This document shows positions 33,056 to 42,584 of a DNA stretch of 64,000 nt, piece by piece; the stretch's first letter is position 1, and every line of letters starts with the position of its first letter. The notes under the pieces are model-generated. The model saw nothing but the letters and a program-made list of their open reading frames with translations, ran no database searches and had not been told where the DNA came from. The stretch lies in NCBI GenBank assembly GCA_046346765.1, contig JAXMHN010000006.1, positions 88,799-152,798 on the forward strand, read 5' to 3'. The position numbers were made by a program, and so were the translations under genes. This stretch comes from Verrucomicrobiota bacterium. GTDB taxonomy: Bacteria; Verrucomicrobiota; Verrucomicrobiia; Limisphaerales; SIBE01.

Positions 33056-33684
33056 GAGGAGCGATTCTGATTGAGACGGTCGCTTGGCACAACGCGAACT
33101 CCCGCGCGCTCCATTGTTTGCTCCGCTTCCTTCACATCCGTTGGCCGCAGGTTCACGCCGCGACAGGCATCTTGGATCAGGGTAGTTCGGAAGCCGAGCG
33201 AGATCGCATCGAGGGCAGTAAATTTCACGCAATAATCGGTCGCGAGGCCGCAGAGGGAGACGTCGGTTACGGCTCGACTTCGGAGCCATTCGGCCAGGCC
33301 GGTGCCACGGCGACGTCCATTGTCAAAGAAGCCGCTGTAGCTGTCGATCCCAGGGTCCGTGCCCTTGCGGAAGATGTGGGCGATCGATGCTTGATGAAGG
33401 CTAGGGGCGAGCTCGGCTCCCTCTGTCCCTTCAACACAATGAACCGGCCAGAGCGTTTGGGGCAACCCGTTCAGGTCGATTTGGTCGTAAAGCTTCTTGC
33501 CTGGATGATGGACAGCAAAACTGCCGTGATTTCGTGGGTGCCAATCCTGGGTCGCCACGACCAAGGAAAATCCCCCGACGAGGCGGTTGATCACTGGAAT
33601 GACCGCATCTCCTTCCGGGACGGCCAAAGCGCCGCCAGGCAAGAAGTCGCGTTGCGCGTCAACGATGATCAAACACGAGAGCAC
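33052..33684 (-). CDS. pncA: nicotinamidase/pyrazinamidase (isochorismatase family)
   Basis: LIIVDAQRDFLPGGALAVPEGD and ATQDWHPRNHGSF motifs, with catalytic Cys context SLCGLATDYCV. The start was placed at GTG 33684 just before LSCLIIVD. The stop overlaps the NUDIX start by 4 nt. Confidence 0.85.
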   Translation of the reverse strand: MLSCLIIVDAQRDFLPGGALAVPEGDAVIPVINRLVGGFSLVVATQDWHPRNHGSFAVHHPGKKLYDQIDLNGLPQTLWPVHCVEGTEGAELAPSLHQASIAHIFRKGTDPGIDSYSGFFDNGRRRGTGLAEWLRSRAVTDVSLCGLATDYCVKFTALDAISLGFRTTLIQDACRGVNLRPTDVKEAEQTMERAGVRVVPSDRLNQNRSS

Positions 33685-33764
33685 CCAGCTGCATAGCCGT
33701 TTTGGCCTCGCCGCGCAACTCCCGGTATGATTCGCGCGCGGCGAAGGGCCTGGGCCAATCCCGC

Positions 33765-35171
33765 CTAGATTTCCCAGCCCTTGCGGGCGAACCCTCGAAT
33801 CCAGGGCTCGGCTTCGGGCGCATTGGAAGCGCGCATGCCCGCGCCGTCCCAATGAATGGGACGGCCCGTCCGCAAAGCGACGATTCCGAGCAGCACAATT
33901 TCAGTCAGGCGCGCCGCATAGGAGAAATTGGCGCTGGCAGGAGGACCGCCCTTGCACGCTTCGATCCAGTCGCGATGATGGCCCCGGGACTTTGCCATCG
34001 CCGCGGCCGGTAACTGGTCCGGGTTTGTCTTCTCCTTTAAGAGCAAGCGCGGCGAACCGCTCCAGATGCCGGAAAGAACCGCGCCCTTATCGCCCACGAT
34101 CAGCGACCCGCCGGCATCAGGCAGTTCTTCATCCTGTGGCAGCCAAGCCGGGCGAGGCGGGCGCAATCCGCCATCGAACCAGAACAGCTCGACGGGGCCG
34201 CGGTTGGCATTGGGTGGAAAGAGGTAGTGGCAGGCCATGGCGAGCGGCGTTGTCTCATCATTGAGAGCCGTCGAGCTGGCCTCGACGACGGTTGGGTGCT
34301 CCAGTTCCAGCGCCCACACGGCCGTATCGAGAGTATGACAGCCATAATTGCCGAGCGTGCCGCTGCCGAAGTCCCACCAATAGTGAAACATCAGCGGCGC
34401 ATAGGCGGGGTGAAAGGGCCGCGGCTGAGCCGGACCGAGCCAAAGGTCCCAATCCAAACCGTTCGGGACGGCGGGCGTTTCCACGGGGCGGCTGGTCGGC
34501 ATGACACGGTTGGGACCGCCTTTCCAGGCGTGCACTTCGCGCACTGCGCCGATGGCGCCGGCTCGAATCCACGCCACGGCCCGTCGGATATCGTCGGACG
34601 AATGGCCTTGATTTCCCATCTGGGTGGCGACGCCGGTCTCCCGGGCGGCCCGGGCGAGTTCGCGAGTCTCGTAGACCGAATGCGCCAGGGGCTTTTCGCA
34701 GTAGACCCCTTTGCCCGCCCGCATCGCTGTCATCGAAATCACCGCATGGGTGTGATTGGGCGTCGCGATCAGGACGGCATCAACATCGCGACTCGATCGC
34801 TCGAGCATTACCCGGTAATCGGAAAAGAGCGCGGGAGTGCGGCGGGCTCGCCCGGGATTTTCTGGCGCGTGCTCCGCGATGGCCGCTTGGGCTGGGCCCC
34901 GACCGCCGTGGTGGCGATAGTAGAGCTGACTGTTGTCCCAAAATTCGGCGACATCGCAGAGGGCGGCGATATTGACGTCGGGATGACGCAAGAGCTCTTT
35001 GAGATTGGTGATGCCCTGGCCACCAGTTCCAATGACGGCAAGGTTGAGTTGCTGGCTGGGAGCAATCTGGCCTGCGCCGCCTAAGACATATCTCGGGACG
35101 AGACTGGCGGCAGCGAGTTGCCCCGCACAACGCAGGAATCGGCGGCGAGGGAATGATCGCGGGGTTTTCAC
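33765..35171 (-). CDS. Tat-signal Gfo/Idh/MocA-family NAD-binding oxidoreductase (GH109-like architecture)
   Basis: Twin-arginine signal FPRRRFLRCAGQLAAASL and Rossmann motif LAVIGTGGQGITNL. Length is 468 aa. Confidence 0.8.
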   Translation of the reverse strand: MKTPRSFPRRRFLRCAGQLAAASLVPRYVLGGAGQIAPSQQLNLAVIGTGGQGITNLKELLRHPDVNIAALCDVAEFWDNSQLYYRHHGGRGPAQAAIAEHAPENPGRARRTPALFSDYRVMLERSSRDVDAVLIATPNHTHAVISMTAMRAGKGVYCEKPLAHSVYETRELARAARETGVATQMGNQGHSSDDIRRAVAWIRAGAIGAVREVHAWKGGPNRVMPTSRPVETPAVPNGLDWDLWLGPAQPRPFHPAYAPLMFHYWWDFGSGTLGNYGCHTLDTAVWALELEHPTVVEASSTALNDETTPLAMACHYLFPPNANRGPVELFWFDGGLRPPRPAWLPQDEELPDAGGSLIVGDKGAVLSGIWSGSPRLLLKEKTNPDQLPAAAMAKSRGHHRDWIEACKGGPPASANFSYAARLTEIVLLGIVALRTGRPIHWDGAGMRASNAPEAEPWIRGFARKGWEI

Positions 35172-35177
35172 AAGAGT

Positions 35178-36776
35178 TTAGAGAGTCCTATAAAGCTGGA
35201 GAGCCTGCTCGGCGTCGCGGCGCGCTTGTTCCCGGTCTGTCTCCCGAACGAAAGGCGGATTGGTATCGAGCCAGTGGAGCAGACCTTGCACATACTTGCG
35301 CAGGTAAGCGATGGAAGCTTCTTCGCGCACCTTTCGGCCGTCGCGAAGGAAATAGATGGGACTGGTATGGGCAAAGACCGACACGCCGCGTGGCAGGATG
35401 CGATTGCGTAGATCGGGATGGTCGACGACCCGGGCGGCAAGCCAGCCGCTCCGCGCCATCGGCACGCGCGCTTCAATTTCCATCGAATAGAGGCCGCCCG
35501 GAGGTGGGTTCTGCGGAATCGGCACCGTCCGGTGCCCAACGACCTCGCCGTTCCAAACAATCTCGAGAGTGGTGAAGGGCAGAATCGAGCAGGCCTGCGC
35601 CCTGGCCTGGAGACAATTGGTCCCGCTAAACTCGACGATGTCGCCCGGTCGATGACGGCCGATGCTCAACTCCAGCATCGGCCCGTTGCTGACGAAGGTT
35701 TTGCCGGCCCGCACCCCCGCCAGCCAGGACGCGTAGCTGACCGGTTCCTCAACGCGCGCGTAGGTGCGATTGCTGCCCAGCGGGATCTCCTCGTAGAACT
35801 TATCGGTGCCGGCGGCGATCGGAACGCGAAAACCCGCATTGAGGAACTGGTAATAGAGATCGACTGCCCGCATGACGGGGAACTCTGCCTGGGACATGCC
35901 TGAATTTAGCCACGGGCTCCAATGATTAGGCAGTTGGACTGGATCGTTCCAGGTAAGCAACTCGATGCCATCGACCAGGCCGAGGGCGAGGCCGACCGGC
36001 AATTGGGCGCCGGGCAGCGAGCAAACATGCGCCCAGACGATAGTGGCGTTTTGGGAGCGCGCGGCCCGCATGGCGCGGCCGAGGTCCCAATGCGGTCGGC
36101 TCCGCCAATATTCCATCGTGCCGCCCATTTCGGGATAGTCAGCGACCAGATTGGTCAGGCCCATCAAATTGAGATGTCCCATCTGGAAGTCCTGCACCTC
36201 CTGCCCAACCAAGATCTCGCACCCACTGGTCGAATGCGCATCCAGCTTCCCGGTGAAACAATCGTTGACTGCAATCGGCTGTTCCTTCTCCGGAAGGTAC
36301 AGCAAGGTGACCGCATTCAGATCTTCCGCGCGCATTTGAAGATGGGCTTCCTGCGGAACGGGCAAGTGCGCATGAATGTCCCCTTCCCAGTAGCCCTTCG
36401 CCCGCATATCAGTCCAGCGATGGAGCCGAAAGGTCCTCTCGGTCAATGGTCCAAGACGGTTGGTGACCGTCCAGGAGAGCGGGAGCGTCTCCAGGCCGCG
36501 CCGTAGCTCAATCGTCATGCCGGATTCGGGCACGGTCAGGCTGAACGACGCGTCCACGTAGCACCACTTCTTCTCGAGGTATTGCACATGGGCGTGTTGA
36601 CCGTCGATCTCGACGAACTTGCCGGCCGAGTCGGTAATCGCGGCCCGCGCCGCGGCCGGCTGGCCGCTGGTGTCGTCGACCAGGAAAGCGCGAAACGTGG
36701 TGGCAGCCAGCGCGTCCGGCAACACGAGGCCGAGAATAGATCCAATGGCAGTCCCGATCAGGCTTCGTCGTTTCAT
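35178..36776 (-). CDS. secreted hypothetical protein with PHP/metallohydrolase-like His cluster
   Basis: Start at ATG 36776 (MKRRSLIGTAIGSILGLVLPDALA signal). A WEGDIHAHLP motif is present. The functional family is uncertain. Confidence 0.55.
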   Translation of the reverse strand: MKRRSLIGTAIGSILGLVLPDALAATTFRAFLVDDTSGQPAAARAAITDSAGKFVEIDGQHAHVQYLEKKWCYVDASFSLTVPESGMTIELRRGLETLPLSWTVTNRLGPLTERTFRLHRWTDMRAKGYWEGDIHAHLPVPQEAHLQMRAEDLNAVTLLYLPEKEQPIAVNDCFTGKLDAHSTSGCEILVGQEVQDFQMGHLNLMGLTNLVADYPEMGGTMEYWRSRPHWDLGRAMRAARSQNATIVWAHVCSLPGAQLPVGLALGLVDGIELLTWNDPVQLPNHWSPWLNSGMSQAEFPVMRAVDLYYQFLNAGFRVPIAAGTDKFYEEIPLGSNRTYARVEEPVSYASWLAGVRAGKTFVSNGPMLELSIGRHRPGDIVEFSGTNCLQARAQACSILPFTTLEIVWNGEVVGHRTVPIPQNPPPGGLYSMEIEARVPMARSGWLAARVVDHPDLRNRILPRGVSVFAHTSPIYFLRDGRKVREEASIAYLRKYVQGLLHWLDTNPPFVRETDREQARRDAEQALQLYRTL

Positions 36777-37175
36777 TTTCCATGACTCCCTCGCCTTCCG
36801 AGCATCGACAATCCTCGCAGAACGTCCGCCCCCGCCTCTCGCCATGGCCGGTCCTCTGCCCCGATCCCGACCTCTCACTCCGGCAGGAATGGCTCACCAA
36901 TCCGCGCCCGAAAGGCCAGCGTCAGTATAGAAGGAGAGGCGGTCTGTTCAAGTTTCTCCAAACATGGCCGTGCGATTGGGCGGTATGAACAACTCGACCC
37001 CGGAAGCCAGACGTGAAGAAGTGAAAATCCGGACCCCGGACTTGTCACCCTAGGTGTTGCCGAATCCCTCGAATTCGGAGAAGCTCCAATCAACCGTGGG
37101 CGGTTTGGGTTCGGATCGGAACCGGTTGGGCCTTTGGTCTAGCTGTGTCGAACGATCCTCCCGCAAAGGAAGACG

Positions 37176-38132
37176 ATGAATGAATCTCTGGCTCAAAAAG
37201 TGGCGCGATTCGACCGCGCTCTGGAACTGTTTCTGGACCGAGTCCGGGCCGATGCCAACCTGCTCGCGGCTATTCTGGTTGGGAGCCTGACGGAAGAAAC
37301 CATTTGGCGCCGGGATGCCATCCACCTCTGGCTCATCGAAAAGGATGGTGTCACCAAACGCTTGCGCGCGGACGGCGAGGACCCGCGCCTTTTCCGCACG
37401 TTGGTGGAGGAGGGCGTCAACGTGCACGTGGAACTGATTCCGCGCGGCCGGTTCAAACGGATGGTGGAGGGATCAGCTCGAACGGCTTTTCGTTACAGCT
37501 TCTTCGCCCGCCGCAAACTCGTTTATTGCCATGATCCCTCCCTGGCGAAGTGGTTTGAGGATGCGGACACACTGGCCCGGCGCGATCAGGAGCGCGAGCT
37601 TTGCATCGCGACGACCTGGCTGATTCACGCCCATCGCCACGCCGCCCGTCTGCTCGAACATGTGCCAGATCTCGAGTTGGTCTTTCAGGAGTTGATCGGC
37701 GCCGCCCACTGCATTGCGGCGGCGGAAGTGATCGCTGCGGGGGAGGTCCACGAGGGCTTGATGATTCACCGGGCCTTGTCCTTGGCGCCGGCGGTGATGC
37801 GCGATGTTTACTTGGACTTGCTCGCTGCCCCTCGCACTGCCGCCAATCTGCAGAGAACCCTTGCTGCCTGTGGCCAGTACCTGGAGAAGCATGCGCCCAT
37901 GCGCCTTCGTCCCGTCCTGCATTACCTTCGGAAGGAGAAGCGATTGGTCCCCCTGACCGAGTTGGCGGATCATTTCGCGCACTCTCAACTGTTTCCCTGG
38001 CATTTGGAGTCCGCTTGCGAGTGGCTCGAAGAGAAGAAGCAGTTGGCCAAGTTTTCGGCGCCTTTCGGCTTAACCAAAATGAGCCGGGTGGAAGTGGAAG
38101 AACCGGCTTATCTTTGCGAAGAGGAGGCATGA
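37176..38132 (+). CDS. hypothetical protein with degenerate nucleotidyltransferase-like N-terminus and helical/wHTH-like C-terminus, translationally coupled to uvrA
   Basis: 318-aa [23 protein letters not shown] resembles a minimal-NTase GS...D.D motif, with the second acidic residue replaced. The stop overlaps the uvrA ATG (ATGA at 38129-38132). Confidence 0.5.
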   Translation: MNESLAQKVARFDRALELFLDRVRADANLLAAILVGSLTEETIWRRDAIHLWLIEKDGVTKRLRADGEDPRLFRTLVEEGVNVHVELIPRGRFKRMVEGSARTAFRYSFFARRKLVYCHDPSLAKWFEDADTLARRDQERELCIATTWLIHAHRHAARLLEHVPDLELVFQELIGAAHCIAAAEVIAAGEVHEGLMIHRALSLAPAVMRDVYLDLLAAPRTAANLQRTLAACGQYLEKHAPMRLRPVLHYLRKEKRLVPLTELADHFAHSQLFPWHLESACEWLEEKKQLAKFSAPFGLTKMSRVEVEEPAYLCEEEA

Positions 38133-41034
38133 GTCACGAGACCATGCGATCGACGCTCCTGATCCAGGGAGCGCGTGAAAATAACCTGCGCAACATCACC
38201 GTCGAGCTGCCGCGGGGCAAGCTGGTGATTATCACCGGCGTCTCGGGCTCGGGCAAATCGTCCCTGGCCTTTGATACGCTTTATGCGGAAGGTCAACGAC
38301 GGCTGCTCGCTTCGATGTCGGCCTACGCGAAACGCTTTGTCAATCAACTGCGCAAGCCGGATGTCGACTTTGTCCAGGGCCTCTCCCCGGTGATCTCGAT
38401 TGACCAGAAGACCGTCGGCAGCAACCCGCGTTCGACCGTCGGGACGATGACCGACCTTTCGGATTATCTTCGGATGCTTTACGCCACCCTGGGAACACCT
38501 CATTGCCCTCGGTGCGACGAGCCGGTCGCAACCCGATCCCTCCAGCAGATGCTCGAACATCTGCTCCAACTGCCCCGAGGCGCCGAAGTGGAAGTGCGCG
38601 CGCCGGTTTTCGAAATCTTTGGCGAGGATTGGGAGCACGTCTTTGAACAGGTGCGCTTGCAAGGGTATCGGCGCGTCCGGATCGATGGAGCTCTTAAGGA
38701 CCTCGGCGGACCCTTGGAACTGGACGAAGAGGAACATCCGTGGGTCGAGGCAGTCATCGATCGCTTTGTTGTCGGCCCGGGAATCGATCGCCAGGTCCTG
38801 GCGTCGCTGAGCACGGCGAAAGTGGGTGACGGGTTTCTTTCTTTTCATCCCGAGGGCTTGTCACGCGGCTGCCAAAAGCTTCTGGAAGGGATTCGGGTGT
38901 GCCGAGCATCACTTTGCATCGCGCCACCCTGCATCATGCTCACTTCACCTTCAATGATCCGTCAGGCGCGTGTCGGACTTGTGCCGGCCTGGGCACTTCC
39001 AAGCGGGTCCACCCGACCCTGCTGGTTCCGGATCCGAGTCGGACTTTGAGTGACGGCGCGATCGTCAAAGAAGCGTTCAACCACGATAAGAACGCCTGGG
39101 GCGGACGTTGGCTCCATAGTCTATCGCGCCATTATGGCTTCCGCCTCGACGTCCCTTTCGCCAACCTTTCCCAGGACGCCCAAGACCTCATCTTCCACGG
39201 CAGCAAAGGCGAAAAAGTCGAAATTGTCCTGCCGGACGGCGCTCGGCAGGGAGAACAGCACGTGGGCAAAAAATTGCCTTTCCCAGGTGTGGTGACGCAA
39301 ATCGAACGCCATTACCACTGGTATCGCAAACAAGGCCGGAGCACCGATGGCATGGAAGCTTACCTCCAGAAGGTCATGGTCGATTATGATTGCCCGGACT
39401 GCGGCGGGGCCCGGCTCCGCAAGTCCCGCAGCCTCGTGCGCATCGAAGGAAAGAGCCTGCCTGATGTCGGTCAGTTGCATTTGCGCGACTTGAAAAAATG
39501 GCTCACCACCCTCGACCTGACCGCGGATAAGACGGCCGTTGCAGCCACGGTAGTGCGCGAAATCGAGGGCCGGATCGACCTGCTCGTCGGCATCGGATTG
39601 GATTACCTCAATCTCAGCCGTCGCTCGGGCACCTTGTCCGGGGGCGAATCGCAGCGCATCCGCTTGTCTACCCAGATCGGCTCCGGGCTGATGGGGATGC
39701 TCTACGTCCTCGACGAACCGAGCATCGGTCTGCACGCGAAGGACAATGTGAAAATGATCCGCACGCTGGAACGGCTGCGCGACCTCGGCAACACCGTCAT
39801 CGTGGTCGAACATGACGAGGAGACGATTCGCGCCGCCGACTGGCTGATCGAAATCGGCCCAGGCCCCGGCATTCACGGTGGCCAGGTCGTGGCTCAAGGT
39901 CCCCCCGCAACGGTCCTGGCCGATCCTCATTCCCTCACCGGCGCGTTCCTCCGCGGGGAGCGGCAGATCGTCACTCCTGCGCAGCGCCGTGCGGGTGGCA
40001 AAGGCCGTTTGCGGATTCACGGAGCCCGTCACAACAACCTCCAGAATCTGGATGTCGAGATACCCCTGGGCGTGTTGGTCTGTGTGACCGGCGCTTCCGG
40101 GTCGGGCAAGAGTTCGCTCGTGCACGAGATCGTCTTCAAGAAACTCGCCTCCCTGCGCTATGACAGCCGCATCCTCGCGGGCGAACATGACACATTCGAG
40201 GGCCACGGCGGCGTCGATGATGTCATCGACGTCGATCAGTCGCCGATCGGCCGATCGCCTCGTTCCAACCCCGCGACTTATGTCGGGGTTTACGATTCCA
40301 TCCGCCAGCTCTTCGCCGAAACGGAAGAAGCCAAGGCGCGGGGCTTTGGCCCGGCCCAATTCAGCTTCAATGTTAAAGGCGGCCGTTGCGAGGAGTGCGC
40401 CGGCGACGGCGTGATCGTGACTCAACTTTCCTTTATGCCCGACGTGGAAGTGACCTGCCCAGCCTGCAAAGGCCGCCGCTATCGCGAGGAAACACTCGAA
40501 GTTTCCTGGCACGGCCGGAACATCGCTGAGGTGCTGAAACTATCGATCGAAGAGAGCGTCGCCTTCTTTGCCAAGGAACGCCCCATCGCGCGCAAACTGG
40601 AAATCCTACACGAACTTGGTCTGGGTTATCTGGAGCTCGGCCATGCCGCCACCATTCGCTCCGGCGGCGAGGCCCAACGCGTCAAGCTCGCCGCTGAGCT
40701 TGGCAAAATCCGCCGCGGCCGGCACAACCTTTACATTCTTGACGAGCCGACCACCGGGCTTCATCTCGCCGATATCCAAAGGCTGCTCGATTGCCTGCAA
40801 CGGTTGGTGGATGCCGGTCATTCCGTCCTCGTGATTGAACACCACCTCGACGTCATCAAGTGCGCTGACTGGATCCTGGATCTCGGACCCGAAGGCGGAC
40901 ATCAAGGCGGTCGGCTGCTCGTCGCAGGCACACCCGAAACGGTCGCCGCTTCCGCCACTTCCCATACCGGCCGGGCGCTCAAAGCCCATCTCGAATCGTC
41001 CCAGACCCGCGCGCCGTCTCGCAAACGCCGGTAG
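38129..41034 (+). pseudogene. uvrA: excinuclease ABC subunit A, single frameshift near 38918-38921 (or consensus error)
   Basis: N-terminus [48 protein letters not shown]. Two ABC modules (LSGGESQRIRL, LSGGEAQRVKL) and Zn modules are present. The sequence aligns along its length with my recollection of E. coli UvrA. Frame A (38129 onward) and frame B (ORF 38899..41034) join as ...VCRASLC(I)[25 protein letters not shown]. Confidence 0.9.
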
Positions 41035-41064
41035 GTGGCCGTTTGCAGGCAAAGGCCCGGCTTG

Positions 41065-41935
41065 TCACCGTGGAAGATGAACCTGTGCCGCCGCGTCGTT
41101 CGCGCCTCGCCATGGGATCGTCCGCGGATGAAAAAGGTGCGCCAACAATTCCACTCCCTCGGCCAGTCGAAGAGACGGACGGCTGAACCGGGCCGCGTCC
41201 ACCGCATAGACCCGGTTCGAGTCAATCGCCGGCACACCAGCCCAGCCGGCATCGGACAGCTGCTTGGTCATTTGGGAGGCTGCGGCTGCCGTGGCGACAC
41301 CGCACGGTGATCCGATCATGATCTCGGGCGCAGCTGCGATAACCTCCTCCTGGCTCAACCGGACTGAATCCGCCCCCGGCCGTCCCAAGGGATCATGGCC
41401 TCCGGCCATCTGCACCATCTCCGGGATCCAGTGTCCGCCACAGAATATCGGGTCGACCCATTCCATAAAAAAGACCCGCGGCCGTTCGCGCGTTTGGCGG
41501 ACCTGCTGGGCGACGTGTGCCAGACGCGCGCGACAGCCCGTTGCCAGCCTTTCCGCCTCAGCCTGCCGACCGGTGCTCGCGCCAATCTGCTCGAGGTTGG
41601 CCCAAACATCCGTCAGGCAGTGGGGCGACACGGTGATTACTTGGGGGCGATAAGACAGCCAGCCCAGGGTCTCGCTCAGTTCGCCTTCGCCTGGAGCGCA
41701 CACATCGCACAGCCCCTGGGCGAGAATGATGCTCGGCGCCAATTCGCGGATCAGAGCTCGATCCAGTTGGTAGACGCTGCGCCCGGCACGCAAGCAAACG
41801 AAGCGGCGTTCTCGAGAAACGTTGCAGGGCAGCGTGTTGCAATTGTGGAAGTCGAAAACCTTAAAAATGGAGTAAAAAGGGCCAAAACTGTCTATGCCTG
41901 AGACAGCGCCGTCGAAAAACGAGACGACAGGGGTG
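41065..41935 (-). pseudogene. BtuF/FhuD-like periplasmic-binding-protein-fold protein (cobalamin/siderophore binding type); N-terminus out of frame at a homopolymer
   Basis: YQLDRALIRELAPSIILAQGLCDVCAP and FFMEWVDPIFCGGHWIPEMV are typical of this family. The coding frame is open upstream to about 41935 (VVSFFDGAV...FDFHNCNTLP) but has no start. A GTG at 41935 is one nt out of frame across the G4/C4 run at 41921-41924. Confidence 0.6.
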
Positions 41936-42124
41936 CCGTGAGCACCCTAAACCCGGCTTTTCCGCCCTCAAAACTGGCACGGAGTGTGCCTTCGCCCGCT
42001 TTGGTCGAAGAAGGTCAAACCGTCGCTCCGGATCTGCCAACCGGCGGTCAATACTCCCGCCCACGGCGGTCGATCGATTGGGTCCCGGATGAACCTCGCC
42101 ACCCAAGCCGGACAGCCGGTGAAG

Positions 42125-42439
42125 TCAGTCGGCCTCACCCGCGTTCGCCACTAGTTTCAACAGGCCGGGAAAGCGGTCATTCAACTCCTTGCGTCGGAGT
42201 GAAGTCATGCATTTGGTCCCTTCGGTCTCGGTATAAATGAGGCCGGCGGCGCGCAGGACTTCAAAATGATGGGAACGGGTCGCTTTGCAGACATCGAGGC
42301 GGACCTCATTGCAGGCGAGGGCTCGTCCGTTCGCCGCGAGCAATTCACGCACGATCGCCAGCCGGCCCGGATCGGCCAGGGCCTGCATCACCACGTGCAA
42401 AGGCACCTCGCGGAGCGAAGGGTGCGAATAGGCTTTCAT
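42125..42439 (-). CDS. ArsR/SmtB-family winged-helix transcriptional regulator
   Basis: 104 aa. ALADPGRLAIVRELL...CKATRSHHFEVLRAAGLI is the ArsR HTH core. Confidence 0.85.
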   Translation of the reverse strand: MKAYSHPSLREVPLHVVMQALADPGRLAIVRELLAANGRALACNEVRLDVCKATRSHHFEVLRAAGLIYTETEGTKCMTSLRRKELNDRFPGLLKLVANAGEAD

Positions 42440-42468
42440 GGCTCAGGCAGCATGCCACCGGGATCTTC

Positions 42469-42486
42469 GTTCGACAACTGTCGAAC
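42469..42486. promoter_or_regulatory. perfect inverted repeat GTTCGACA-AC-TGTCGAAC, putative operator 1 in the ArsR/OYE divergent region
   Basis: Read directly. It lies 30 nt upstream of the arsR-like ATG (42439) and about 100 nt upstream of the OYE start (42585). Confidence 0.6.
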
Positions 42487-42519
42487 TAAATTTTTGACAA
42501 GCTCGAAGCTCGCGTCTAA

Positions 42520-42537
42520 GTTCGATTCAGATCGAAC
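42520..42537. promoter_or_regulatory. inverted repeat GTTCGAT-TCAG-ATCGAAC, putative operator 2
   Basis: Read directly. It shares the GTTCGA half-site with operator 1. Confidence 0.5.
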
Positions 42538-42584
42538 AAGAGCCGGACTCAATTCCCAAAGGACTCATCCCTCATCGCCCGCCC

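Noticed and set aside
36879-37175. Search for an SOS (LexA) box upstream of the uvrA operon. The TGTCCT-N5-AGGACA palindrome at 19438-19454 was also considered as a LexA site.
   Set aside because: Only separated TGTTC and GAACA pentamers about 35 nt apart were seen upstream of 37176. The 19.4-kb palindrome differs in sequence and spacing from the TGTTC-N4-GAACA motif I recall for Verrucomicrobia. There is no support for an SOS box.
41861-42106. 81-aa ORF between the ArsR gene and the BtuF-like gene as the N-terminus of the latter.
   Set aside because: It is Arg-rich with no resemblance to the RIVSL.PS.TE-type N-terminus. The family-like N-terminal sequence is instead in the main frame from about 41935, so this ORF was treated as noise.
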